Origin: Haliotis rubra
Taxonomy: Eukaryota
Reading direction: 5' to 3'
NCBI RefSeq assembly: GCF_003918875.1
Contig: NW_025767681.1
Location: forward strand, 1 to 64,000
Length of the DNA stretch: 64,000 nucleotides
Shown: positions 51,701 to 64,000 of the stretch, piece by piece
How positions within the stretch are numbered: position 1 is the first letter of the stretch
How the letters are laid out: the number at the start of each line of letters is the position of its first letter
Translations under genes and position numbers: made by a program
Notes under the pieces: model-generated
Told to the model about the DNA's origin: nothing
The model's database searches: none
What the model saw: only the letters and a program-made list of their open reading frames with translations

Positions 51701-54700
51701 AACGAGCGTGATGGAGGGAGGGAGGGAGGGGAGCGTCGGCCAAATGTCGGTCCAGCTTAAAGTGAAACATGACTTCAACATTTAACGCACTTCTCAAAGG
51801 CATGAGGTTCAAACCCAGAATCATAATAGTGATGATCCCAGAATTCCAGGACGTTCCTAGAATTGGAGCACCAAAACTTCCCGAGTAATGCGAATGATGT
51901 TTGAATTGTCTATCAATTCCAACTATTTAAAGTGAGTGAGTGAGTGAGTTAATATTTAACGTCACATCGGCAATATCTCAGCCATATCGTGACGAAAGCA
52001 ATTTATACAATAAAAAATGAATACATTTTAGAGAGTAAAACCTGTCGCCGATGGATTGTAAAAATACTAGAATATCACATATAGGAACATAAAACTAGCA
52101 TGTCAAACTAAAAGATTGTAATTAAAGAAGACAATACAATATAAAACACGGGTTATAGATCGCCAACAACTGAAGATAGATCACCATACTAGGAACCATG
52201 GGAACTTACATTATTGTGCTACCTGCATGGACCCCAGCTGGATCCAACTATTCAAAGAAATATGTTAAATGGAATCATATCCTAAACGATATCATATCAG
52301 ACCATTTATACGCCTCTGTCTGAAATTGTCATTTTAGTCACTTTGTGCTCTATGATTCTAAGGTGACAATATCGGTTTTACCAGAAGTTGAGATATTTTA
52401 TACAAATATGATAATATATAGTACAGAAAACTAAACGACATTTTCAACTGGAACCCTAAACATGTGAAACAAACTTTATGTAGGCCACCATGACTTAATG
52501 TTATGCTTTTAGATAACTCATTAATGAGTTTACCAGATAAACCAGTCAGAACGTGGTTATTTTATATTTGTTTTAGAGAAGGACGACACAATTGGGGCTT
52601 ATCCAGCTAAAGCTGTTGGGGTTGTGATAATATCTAATACTCTTTCGTCTGGTCAGGTTCTCCTCGACTTGACGACCCAGTGTCCCAGCAACTCAAGTTC
52701 GCCGCTCCACTGGGTGGTGACGTGACTGTGTCTGTGTCAGTCCTGGCCTACCCCCTTCCTACATTCACCTGGAGTAGATCCATCAGCACCAGCCAGGACC
52801 TCACTGGTTCCTCCAGCCCTGTCTCAGACATCTCAGTCACTGCCAGACTAGACCTTACTAACCTCCAACAGCAGGACTTCGGGGACTACAGTCTGACAGT
52901 GGACAGTGGAGTTGGAGGGATAGTGACATACACACTCGACATTGTGTCTGAAGGTGAGAGTCTCTTGCTAACCTCCAACTGTAGGACTCACGGTAGACAT
53001 CGGCGAAGGTGAAACAGTCAGAACAGGGTCTGAAGCTGAGTGTTGAATGACCTAATCAGACTAATCCGGATTATTGCTCATGGATTACAGATAATCCAAC
53101 TACTGACCCATAGTACATCCCTCAATGTCTTCATTATCATGACTCAGAAAGAGGAAATCAAATGGCACGGTATCCTGAATATCCGCCTTGGAGTTAAACA
53201 TTCAAATACGGCAGGATAAAACGGTGCCTCTTAGTCATATCTTGGTCTTGCCATAATTGCAAACGCTACAAGACAGTAAAGATTCCTAGCATTCTCCCAA
53301 AATGCTTACAAACACAAAGATAAATTGTCACTTCCATTATGTGCATGTGCAAAATTTGAAAAACACACACGTGAAAATATGCAATTACAAATATTACCTA
53401 AACATATGAACCTCTTTGTTTTATGATTATATGGCAGAGTCTGTTCATACTCATCTTTTGACTGGAAGACACTTTTTCTAGTTGTAACCTGTGATGCGAT
53501 CACAACATATCTGAGTTCTGTGTGTAACATAGTATATTTAGCTGGGAAAACTCATACACTTACATAGTGTATTCGATATCTATGCATTACCATTTTGTGT
53601 ATCATATATGTATTTAGCACTGTATACGTAATAGCGATGTAAACATGCTCTTCTAATGACGCAGAACACGGACGGGTTGAAAATGAAGGTCATTTCAGTT
53701 CAGATTAAATACTTTTCGAATATTCTAAACTCCCAGTACTCCCAACTTCTCATATTAGAAGGAATGAGCCTCGGATTTCCCAGACAAACCTCTGAAAACT
53801 AACATAATAATTTGATAATTATTTCAGACATTCCTGCAGGAATGATGCCTGATGTCATGCAGACATTAACCCATCAAACTCATATCAATATTAACTGGTT
53901 TCCATTCCATTTATTTAGGTTCATTTTCATTCATCATTGACAACTCGCTATTTTCCACCCTCAAATATGTAATACATCACGGCATCGATTGACTTTCATA
54001 TTTGATATTTCTACTAATAGCCATGTGTGATGCGTGAAACCATTCAATGTATGCATATCGACACATAGTTCGCCCATCCCTCCATTTGATCTCTGGCAGA
54101 TAAGATTGCAACATTTCAAATAACTTAGTACATAAAATTCATTCATTGTTGAGAAGGTCACAACAACTGAATAGATAAGTTTGACTTAACTTAACGTTTA
54201 ATGTTAATGTTGTCATGTTTATTTACAATAAATTGTCAGTTGACATGTTTTCAATGAAACCTTATTGTTCTTCGTTACCGGTTCATTAATTACTTTAACA
54301 CAACTGCATGCATACAAAAGTGTAGTGTCAGTACATTTTCTGTTTCCAGGACCACCAAGCACCCCAACAAACATCAGTGTCTCCCCAAAAGGTCCCTTCA
54401 CTCTACATGTTTCCTGGAAGGAGGAGTTCAATGGCGGAGCTACTCAGACATTCACTGTAGAGTACAGCACAGATGAGGAGACCTGGAAGACAGCAGGGAG
54501 TCATACGGAGACAGGAAGTGGGAATTACTTGACATCAGTCATCAATGATCTCAACTCTGACACTCGGTACTATGTGAGGGTTGTCGCCAGGAACGCGTTT
54601 GGAAGCAGCAGCTACACTGAACATGTGACTGGACTCACGGAGAAGACAGTTATACGTACGTCTCATTTTACATTCAAGCAATAATCTCGGTACACGTAGG

Positions 54701-57579
54701 TAAAGCTGTTTGTTGCCTCTGTTTCATACATGGTACTTACTCAAGAGGTAATCAATTTTCTTAATGTACTGAAAGAGACTTTATTTGTTAATATTCACTA
54801 TCGGTGTAATGTTAAAAGCTACACCTATTTGCATGCAGTCCATACTTGGTTGTCTTAGCGACCAGTTTATGTGGCTTGAACGATTCGGTTATGAAGCCCT
54901 AATGCTGTCATAAACTTTGCTTCTTACTGTCCCTTTCAGCCCCTGTAGCGATTTACGTATTGTTTCTGACACCACGACGTTTCTATATAACGTATTTTGA
55001 TTTTGATATTTCAACATGACTGACTGACTGAGTTTAGTTTTACGCCGCTTCTAGCAATATTCCAGCAATATCACGGCGGATTTCAACATGAAACCTCAAG
55101 AACACATGTTGTGTGAGGAGACTAAATTTAAAAGTTTCAATATATCGACATGCTGCAAAGGTATAACTGGAATATTGCAGAGTGTAAATAAAACGAATGA
55201 TTCACTCACTTGCCTTAACTTATATTTCTTTCATCTAATGATGTGATGATTATACGGATAAATATGAAAGTCTGAAAGGCAATGTAAGTACTACTTCAAG
55301 TCACTTGAAAGAGACATGGTGTCTCCATTTGCTGTATACTTGTTATTGTTTAGAAAATAGACATACAGACAGACTAAATGAGTCTTAAACAAGGGTGACG
55401 CTGAAACATTTCCAATTTTGTGAAACCTTTGAGAGAACATTTAGCGAGAACACCGGTGATACCAGTTTCGATATCCTTGGTAGCTCTGTGTGCAATAATA
55501 GTTCCAAAGAAACCGCTTTGATTTCGCAGCTATTTTTTCAGTCCTCTTGAACTCACAACCGATGTCAGCAATTGACTCTCCCCCGTTATTTGTTTTCTAT
55601 TATTCGTTATTATCCCGCATAACAATCTCCATCTCAGTTTGTCATTTGGAAGCTACTGCTAATGTGTGACTGCTAAATCCAGACCAACCGGTTAACAATT
55701 GTCAAAGATACAAGACCACCCTCTGTAATCTGTCTCTGAATGTTTCCAGTAACAGTAATCGACATTTATGATAGATGTATACAACACATTATAACAACAC
55801 TGAAAGCAACCATATTCGACACATTCATTCTATAAGTGGCGGGTGCTACGTGGAGAGCAGAACATACCTACTTTGCCACGAACACCTGGTGTTATCACCG
55901 ATATTCCCTGCTCCTTCCTTTCCTTTTTGACTACTATTCTTAACGTCCCATAGAATCTGTTTTGGATAAACGGATCTGTTTATCACATGTCCGTATTATG
56001 TAGCAATGTAGTATGGCATTGTTTATACGTGGGGTATTTCTGTTTAAGCTCATGCATCCTCTTTACCATCTGGATTAATAGCAGGAATGACAGTCAGTGT
56101 GGTATTGGTCGTCGTCATCGTGGTCGTTGTTGTCGTCATGACCAGGAAAGGATACAGATGCATATTCATATTGCAGAAGACAGGTAGGTCTGCTGTGTTC
56201 AGAAAACAATGGCAACATAGGTTTGCATGACACCTCCAAACATATATTATTAAATGTATGAATGAAGACATGTTGCCTAATCACAAGTTTGACAACAATA
56301 ACGTACTAAGGTATAGTATAATGCAGCAACTCACTGGGACACATGTTTACTTTCTCCTTGATACAGAAAATACCTAAATTCCACTGACAAGTTTGTCATG
56401 ACAACATCTTTGTTATCTCCACAGGCTCAACAGACGCACAGAATGCGTGAGTACAGTTGTACTTGTGAATGTCAACATCTGTAATAGCCTTCCCAATCAA
56501 TTAGATCTCTTCCTCTTTACACATATCCCCAAACACCTGGGTTCGATTCCAAACATGGTTATGTACGTGTATACATGTGTAAATTCCATGCCCCTCTAAC
56601 AGTGTTGTCGTTTCTACTGCAGGTCACAGATCCCCGAAAATAGAGGAGACCAAGTGCATTTCCAAGGTATGTCAATATTCAAAGTACGTGTATGTATGAT
56701 AAAAGGAAAAGGGTTCGATTATTTGCATCGCTGTTGTCAAATAATGCCAAGTTCATCTCCACACGTGTCTGTTTTTCTTCAATATAGATGTTAACCCGTA
56801 CTCTGGCCTGCAAGATAGAGCGGATGACAAGCAGACGTACACAGACCTGACGAATTATGAAAATACAGGAATCCGTCCTTCTACAGGTATCCAACCGAAC
56901 TTGTATACATCCCTGGATCTCTAAACTGGATGTGGACTGTTTTGATTTTGACTATACCACCAGCTTCTAAAGTGCCAATCAAGCAGTTCATCCATAAAGT
57001 AGCATTCCTTTCTTGTCATACCATCGAAGTCTTTAAATTGTCACTGATGGATTCTCAGCAGTCATGTAGTTACTATAAGCAAGTGGTAATTATTTTCAGA
57101 CACTGTCAACACCTATGAAGATATCAACCAGACATCAAGACATGGTTATGAACACGACAAGCCTGCCCTGTATGTGAATGCTGATATCAAAGGCAAAGGT
57201 ATGACTGATGTGGAAACAATCGTCAACGAGAGCAACATAACACAATGCATAGCATGAACATCTCCAAGTAGAACTCCAGGAAACAATAGGCCCCCTCCAT
57301 CCCCAGCTTCACGTTTGAAGAAGTGGTTACAATACATTGTTAGCCATCACAACTTGACAAAGACCTGTCTGTCACTCGATTGTCTGACTCATAACTTAAA
57401 CATTCCTCTACATAATTAGTTGTGCACTGGGTATTACCATACTGGGTCAAGTGCTGTGTATGAATATTGTAATGTTTCTATATAATTATTTGTGCACTGG
57501 ATATTACCATGCTGGAGCAAGTGCTGTGAATGAATAGTGTAATGCTTCTGTTTCAGATTCGCCCTATGTGAACACCTGA
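42748..57579 (+). CDS. Gene C: SP-V-Ig(LINE-interrupted)-Ig-Ig-Ig(Cys-less)-FN3-TM receptor with Tyr-motif tail
   Basis: Exons: 42748-42802 (MASLWVIATSVFAVVLLK), 43810-44166 (V: LRC..W..YAGTYRC), 45380-45909 (with insertion), 46658-46915, 51174-51452, 52657-52953, 54350-54655 (FN3), 56049-56183 (TM GLIAGMTVSVVLVVVIVVVVVVM-TRK), 56425-56446, 56623-56666, 56788-56886, 57100-57198, 57557-57579 (DSPYVNT*). Phases consistent. Confidence 0.85.
43085..43905 (+). repeat. 119-bp minisatellite (7 acceptors) made of acceptor + first 96 nt of the V exon
   Basis: AGs at 43095, 43214, 43333, 43452, 43571, 43690 and 43809. Confidence 0.95.
45488..45747 (+). mobile_element. 5'-truncated I/Nimb LINE 3' end inserted in a coding exon
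   Basis: Matches 35625-35886. TSD ctccaacaacaa at 45476-45487 and 45748-45759. Confidence 0.93.
46883..48503 (+). repeat. 54-bp donor minisatellite (~30 copies), same unit as in gene B
   Basis: First GT at 46916. The frame stays open through the donor at 47780, followed by three 41-bp truncated units. Confidence 0.95.
48497..49347 (+). repeat. 119-bp minisatellite (7 copies) made of the 3' end of an otherwise absent Ig exon + donor
   Basis: The unit translates YVCTATNTLSPCVGTSVVRSDTVEVTVDVQ|gtaagtatc, with GTs from 48616 to 49332. Confidence 0.9.
49500..50940 (-). mobile_element. Decayed RTE-like LINE RT fragment, interrupted by an I/Nimb 3' fragment
   Basis: SITDHIFMLQAL...YCAFNDFRKVFDYVDR; LLLFAD; WGLCVN. 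Confidence 0.75.
49775..50232 (+). mobile_element. 5'-truncated I/Nimb LINE 3' fragment
   Basis: Matches 35411-35886. TSD-like tccatcYgcaaa on both sides. Confidence 0.85.
51933..52242 (-). mobile_element. 5'-truncated I/Nimb LINE 3' fragment
   Basis: (GTGA)n followed by the reverse complement of the LINE 3' UTR. TSD tccaactattYaaag. Confidence 0.88.
55020..55079 (-). mobile_element. 5'-truncated SINE tail
   Basis: Matches 3260-3322. TSD atttcaacatga. Confidence 0.85.
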
Positions 57580-59401
57580 AACCAATGACTGAAACATCAA
57601 TATCTCTGAGATCATAATCGATGACTCATTCCTCCGTTAATCATACCGTCACTAGAATATTGACAAGGATGGTTGTCCACATACGTTTAGTGGCTTAGGA
57701 TTACATGTATATTTTAGCCTCTGTTTCTGTTGTGTTGGTGAAGGTTACATAATAACTCTTTTGTGTCTAAGCCACTGGAACCTTCACCAACAAGCTGGAA
57801 CGTGCTGGTGTGCTGAAACCGAAGCTGCCCAGAAACGTTGTGTGTAGAAATCAGTTGAAACGCCAATAAACAGCTAAATATTATTTATATTAAGAAACGC
57901 AAAATGACATTTGGAATGTTCACATTCACCAATAAATTCAACATTACACATTCCAGGGCCATACATGATTACATGAACAGACGTGGTTTTGTATGAAAAT
58001 CAGGTTTTTTTTAAAATGAGCACCTATCATCATAAAATCAACATGGATTCCGATCACTGTGTCATTTGTAATGAGTCAAAGGGTCATATGAGTCAGAAAA
58101 ACTCATGTTTTTCCATCATGGTCACCACGAGAAGTTTTATGTACGTGTTGGAAACTTATCACAAAAATACAGGGGATGCTTAATCAGTTATTTGTGTATA
58201 GTTACTCTATGTCAGGTCCATCTGACTGATCCAACTTTAAACGAGTGTCTTGCACTTTAACCTAAGCACCCTTAAATGAACGACATATTCATTCTCAACG
58301 TCCCTCGTTTACTTTTATGTATGAACAACAGGTATGGCCAAAGTCATTAACTATATTTATGACAATCACGAGAACGAAAATTTCAATATGTGCATCGTCA
58401 GTATATTCAAAGTTAGACTGTATCTATATATTTGTGAATATAATGTAAATATGAGCTGCGTTCGTGCCAGAGGTCTAAAAATTGACTTAAATTAGATGCT
58501 TCAATAATGTTGACATGTTGTATGTATGAATAAACTTGTCTATTGATTAGAAGAGAAGATGCATCTGTTTGATGACTTCAATGTGCGCCTACATTTGTAT
58601 ATTACAGCTAGTAGACCCTGTCAGAAAGTGTGTAACTGCACTTTCACGTTCTTGGTCGTACGACTCCAGTATCAGCTTCAGGCACAACTGACACGTCAAG
58701 GTGAATCGTGGTCATTTATGAGTTACATATGTAGTAGCTTGAGCACACCGAGGAGCGTATCAATAACTGAGTTGAGAGTGGCCGTGCTTTAGACATATTA
58801 ATAAACTGCAAAGATGTACCATACAATTAAACGCACGTAGGTGATGTTCAGTATTGTAAGATGGTTTGCTAAAATATCAAAGACGCTGACAGTACTTTAT
58901 CAGGCGATAAAGTGCGCTTTTTTGCATGACGTCCCATATGTATTGACGTCACTACGCCATTCTCGTCTGCCCCCTCGTTACCAAACGTATTCTTGGTAAC
59001 CTACGTCACGATGCATGTCAGTTGCAACCTCTCGTAAGCCTTCTACACGGCTGACATCACTGGTGGAAACAGTACGTTTCTGATTTTCGACAGATAACAT
59101 GTTTCATTTCGACTCACAATTTAACAGCGACACGACAACGTTCGCAATGTTTACTTTCCCACAATGCATCCGTGGAATGTGGATAGTCAGCTTCATCTGG
59201 ATGTACTGATCTAAACTCACGTTGGCCGTAGACATGCGACGTTCATATTGTCCCATATTGTCCAACATTGGCCCATATGGGTTACGTTAATCAGAGATGT
59301 TATAATAAAGAGAAGATATTTAACCTGCAATTAAAACGTCATCAAATTGCTTATCATGTTGTTTTTTTCTTGGTAAAGCAGAGGACAGACTCGTTAATAG
59401 C

Positions 59402-59561
59402 NNNNNNNNNNNNNNNNNNNNNNNNNNNNNNNNNNNNNNNNNNNNNNNNNNNNNNNNNNNNNNNNNNNNNNNNNNNNNNNNNNNNNNNNNNNNNNNNNNN
59501 NNNNNNNNNNNNNNNNNNNNNNNNNNNNNNNNNNNNNNNNNNNNNNNNNNNNNNNNNNNNN
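59402..59561. other. Assembly gap (160 N)
   Basis: Run of N. Confidence 1.
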
Positions 59562-60022
59562 TTATTCGTTGGAAAGTATCAAATTTGGCATCTTAGAAAA
59601 GAAATACATTTTGCTCTACCACCATGTATAGTATCATAAAGCACACGTTTGCCCTGAACTATTATAGCGTTAAAGCATTCGGACGCAGGCGTCCCCGTAT
59701 TTTAACTGTAATAGTACGTGTGCAAAAGTGTGCTTTATGACAATGTACACGGTGGAACAGCGAACCGTATTTCCTAAATAAGGGTGTCACAACTATTGCC
59801 ATTGTATATTCTTAATGGGATAAATAGTTTAGTAATGTGCCCTATTGTGAACGTCATTTACCATGTGAAATCAAACTCATTAATGTCGCATCAATACACC
59901 TCAAATCTGAAGACAATCCTAATCAAACGTCCACAGTCAACGTGGTTCATTCGTTTCCATTCTACGTGTGCGGCAGAGCCCAGTTTGTTGTGTGGTCGGT
60001 GGTTGTCGACGATGGAGTACGC

Positions 60023-60120
60023 GCCGTTGCGGTGGCAGAGCGGGTTAGGCGGCAGACTTTGTGTGCTGGCGATTAGGTGCCTGACTCTGAGGGTGTGCAT
60101 TCGAATCCCGAATGGGACTC
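60023..60120 (+). other. tRNA-like (Leu/Ser-type) pseudogene or SINE head
   Basis: A box tggcagagcgg, gcggcagact, B-box-like attcgaatccc; no clean cloverleaf. Confidence 0.45.
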
Positions 60121-60289
60121 AACCCATAAAGGCACTAGAATTTGTACTTCACTAAGAAAGTGTAATCCCAAATATGACATATGTTACATTTGACCACTTT
60201 CTAAATGGCATTGTGTAATCGTTGTCTCATTATATTGGAAAGTAATAGCAGTAAAAATATAATGGGCGATGATGTCTTCCTTGATAGTT

Positions 60290-61345
60290 ACTGTTAATTG
60301 TAGGGTTGTTACGACGCTCCATCAGGATCGCCATATTGACGTTGTCCATATCAGTGATTGAACACTGCCGACTGCCAGGACTGCTGCACTATAATAAATA
60401 GTTCAAGGTTGACGTGGGGGTCATCAGCGCCGACTCCATGCGACGCCGTCTACATACTACAGGGCTCTATGCTCGACGTCCTTACGTTGGACCAATTCTG
60501 ACTGACAGACACCGTAATGAGCGTATTCAATGGGCTAGCAGACATTTTCAGTAAAGGTTACAACAATGGCATGGTGTGGTAGTCACTGACGAGTCACGTC
60601 TTCATCTACGTAATGCTGACGGCCGATTACATTTTTGGCGTAGACGTGGTGAACGTTATGCTGATGAGTGTGTGGTTCAGACGGACCTTTGGGTGGTGGG
60701 AGTGTCATGGTCTGGGATGGAATAAAGTACAATAACAGCACTGCCTTCATGTCTGTCAAGGGAGAGTTAATGCCCTCTATTACCGTGAGCAGATACTTCA
60801 GAATCACATCGTATCTGTCTTCAATCGACCCCAAGATGTCTATACTTTTCAACAGGACAACGCACGGGCACACACAACAAGACTTTCCATGCAGTATCTG
60901 GCCCAGCAACACATCCAGGTTATTCATTGGCCAGCACAGTCGCCAGATGTATCCCCCATGGAGCACTTGTGGGACGAAATTGGTCAAAGTCGTTCGCGGC
61001 AACAACAGATGCGAAACATCCGGGAACTTGAGGCTGCACTACTGCAGAAGTGGAATGCCATCCTCAAGAACTCTATTCGGACGCTTATTGACTCAATGAG
61101 GAGACGTTGAACTGCATGTGTCAATGCAAATGGCGGTCACACGCGATATTGACTTTTCGATTTGACCCCACGTGTGTTTGATGCTTTCTGACTGTGGAAC
61201 ATTTCAATGAATGAGGGTCTTTTCTATGTTGTTGTTTTTGTCAGTCGTCTATCTGTTATTATCCATTAAAAAAATATCTATTTCTTACACGTGCTTTTAA
61301 TAATCTGAACTTATATAAGCGGTGCGTTTTCAATGATGTTCAGTA
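60290..61345 (+). mobile_element. Degenerate Tc1-type DNA transposon (DD34E transposase relic)
   Basis: TDESR, FQQDNARAH, WPAQSPDVSPMEHLWD, LIDSMRRR..NGGHTRY. Right end gtgcgttttcaatgatgttcagta-TA. Left end not found. Confidence 0.85.
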
Positions 61346-62390
61346 TATTTCTAACTGCATCACACAGCAGGTATGTAAAATGTATATATTTCTAACTGCA
61401 TCACACAGCAGGTATGTACAATAATATATGTCTAACTGTATCACACATCAAGTGTGTACAATGTATATATTTCTAACTGCATCACACAGCAGGTATGTAC
61501 AATGTATATATTTCTAACTGCATCACACAGCAGATATGTACAATGTATATATGTCTAACTGCATCACACAGCAGGTATGTACAATGTATATATTTCTAAC
61601 TGCATCACACAGCAGATATGTACAATGTATATATTTCTAACTGCATCACACAACAGATATGTACAATGTATATATTTCTAACTGCATCACACAGCAGGTA
61701 TGTACAATGTATATATGTCTAACTGCATCACAGAGCAGGTATGTACAATGTATATATTTCTAACTGCATCACACAGCAGATATGTACAATGTATATATGT
61801 CTAACTGCATCACACAACAAGTATGTACAATGTATATATTTCTAACTGCATCACACAGCAGATATGTACAATGTATATATTTCTAACTGCATCACACAAC
61901 AGATATGTACAATGTATATATTTCTAACTGCATCACACAGCAGGTATGTACAATGTATATATGTCTAACTGCATCACACAGCAGGTATGTACAATGTATA
62001 TATTTCTAACTGCATCACACAGCAGATATGTACAATGTATATATGTCTAACTGCATCACACAACAAGTATGTACAATGTATATATTTCTAACTGCATCAC
62101 ACAGCAGGTATGTACAATGTATATATTTCTAACTGCATCACACAGCAGATATGTACAATGTATATATGTCTAACTGCATCACACAACACGTATGTACAAT
62201 GTATATATTTCTAACTGCATCACACAACAAGTATGTACAATGTATATATTTCTAACTGCATCACACAGCAGATATGTACAATGTATATATGTCTAACTGC
62301 ATCACACAACAAGTATGTACAATGTATATATTTCTAACTGCATCACACAGCAGTAATGTACAATGTTTATGTTTCCAACTGCATCACAAC
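61344..62390 (+). repeat. 41-bp minisatellite (~25 copies) containing cag|gtatgt
   Basis: Unit tatatttctaactgcatcacacagcaggtatgtacaatgta. Confidence 0.95.
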
Positions 62391-62976
62391 ACACCTACAA
62401 TGCAACTGTGAACGCTATTTCTGCATGCCAGTGTATTTGAATATCACACTTAAATGTGTCGATACACTTGTTTACTTCGATTTAATATTTACTGACTGAT
62501 CACATGCTGTAATCCCGGGCAAATGCAGAGTTGTCTCCCTTAGTTGACAATTATTTTCACATTAGTATTACGCGTGTCATATAAACCTGGGACATACGGA
62601 TTTATAGTGACATCCAAATTACAGAGTTTTAGCTCTTTAGTTGTATATGTTCAAATCTGATCTTAGTTTATAAAATGTAAATAGTCATAGACAAGAGATT
62701 TCCCTTTGCATTTGTAAAATAGAAAGTGTCGATAAATACAGACAAAACTAGTATCCCTCAGCTGATTTTGTACCAGTGGTCATGTGGACAAGGCGTCCGA
62801 CTTTGGATTATATATCTGTCATTAGTTGACTGTCTTCCCAACAGTCTCTGCACCACCCTGTCTTCACCACACAGTAAACATACAGCTACTAGACGGAGAG
62901 ACATTAGCATATCTCATTCATACTGAATGCAGTGATAATTCTATCCAAATGAACCTATATTTCAGATCTTATCGAG

Positions 62977-63488
62977 ATGCCACGCATATCCTCTGCTGTT
63001 ATATTCTATGTCATTACAGGTACGTCTTTAAGATGGGCCATATTTGTACAGTATACGTACCTGAATTGGATACATATTACCATATTTGTGATAAATATAA
63101 CGTGAAAAACAGACGCGGCTTGGGACGACGTACTATCCTTCATTCTTAATACACAAATACCTTTTACATGTATTGTATTAAGAGCACCCAGTGCCAGTCC
63201 AGTGTTGTCTCCAGTGTCTGACACAGCCAGGTTTAGCTGGGAGATTCCACAGGGATATCTTGGCTGACAGTCCTGCTGGTGTCAATGTGTTCACAGTGAC
63301 AGCCCCTGGGATATTCGTCAGCTTTGGCAACTACGGAGATAGACTGGAATACCAGGGGAACATAGCAGCCAGGAATGTCACCTTCACCCTCAGCAACATC
63401 CAGACATCAGATGCAGGGACATACACATGTGGGGCTGGAGGGGCTGCTACTGTGATACAGAACTGTGGACAGAAACTGGTTGTCCTGA
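62977..63488 (+). pseudogene. Gene D 5' part: intact signal exon plus a gene-B-type V exon with damaged acceptor and frameshift; continues beyond the window
   Basis: 62977-63019 MPRISSAVIFYVIT|gt. V exon ~63182-63488 is homologous to 19438-19776, with a net 20-nt deletion after EIPQG and the homologous AG changed to AA. Confidence 0.8.
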
Positions 63489-64000
63489 GTAAGTTGCTAG
63501 AGAATTAAGTTGGTTCCTCTTGAACATAGGTTGGATTATTCCTATGTATAGTTCCATATATATATTCTGACAAATATAATTGTCTCAACTATGTGTTGGG
63601 TGCCACTATCATGTCATCATTAAAGCAGCTAAGAGGTAAATATAACCGTTATGTATTTGATTTAGCTTAAACCTCTCATTCCTAATAAGGGCAACGGAAA
63701 CTGCATACGTTATCTATCGGTTAATGATGATATCCCCTGATCTTACACATGTAGTGGTAATGCTAGAATGTCGAATGTACAGCACAGGCATTTTAAACAA
63801 ACGATCAAAACAAGACATCTTTTCTCAAAGCTATGTGGTCAATTATCTATAAAACATCAACGGAATATTATACAGAAGTAATAACAAAGGAAACACTCAC
63901 AACTGAATGATATTATTTAGCTTAGAACATTCAACGCTATTAAAATGGGAAACACACCCCTTTACCCCTTTTGTGAAATCGACGAGGGTATTTGTGAAAG

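Noticed and set aside
19222-57579. Gene symbols such as nephrin/NPHS1, Dscam, FREP or Siglec
   Set aside because: Domain counts and tails do not establish orthology. There is no fibrinogen domain and no Dscam-like 10 Ig + 6 FN3 layout.
59268-59639. 123-aa ORF
   Set aside because: It spans the N gap.
60023-60120. Functional tRNA gene
   Set aside because: The acceptor and T stems do not pair cleanly and the B box is mutated.
5901-62390. CRISPR arrays
   Set aside because: The repeats are head-to-tail with no unique spacers, there are no cas genes, and the context is eukaryotic.

Overview
This is eukaryotic, invertebrate DNA; the (TCAC)n-tailed SINE/LINE repertoire suggests a mollusc, possibly an abalone-like gastropod (inference). 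The window is a + strand tandem cluster of four intron-rich type-I membrane receptor genes: A (~728-14991, 5' half frameshifted), B (19222-36133), C (42748-57579) and D (from 62977, running off the window). The shared architecture is signal peptide, V-like Ig, several C2/I-like Ig domains, a cysteine-less Ig, one FN3, a TM segment and a tyrosine-rich tail with ITAM/ITIM-like motifs. Ectodomain exons are almost all phase 1-1. The paralogs are mosaics of each other, and gene B appears to be a C/A chimera with a crossover inside one exon. The V exons are duplicated and differ mainly in CDR-like loops. Most of the minisatellites in the window are amplified exon/intron junctions, i.e. ladders of splice donors or acceptors. 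These include an in-frame 54-bp donor ladder shared by genes B and C and a 119-bp array of potential 96-nt mini-exons. A full-length I/Nimb-type LINE with a TSD sits in the last intron of B, and its first 57 nt fold as a minimal HDV-like ribozyme. Also present: 3' fragments of that LINE (one inside a gene C exon), tRNA-derived SINEs, RTE-like and Tc1 relics, and a 160-N gap. Gene models were read by eye without transcript data.
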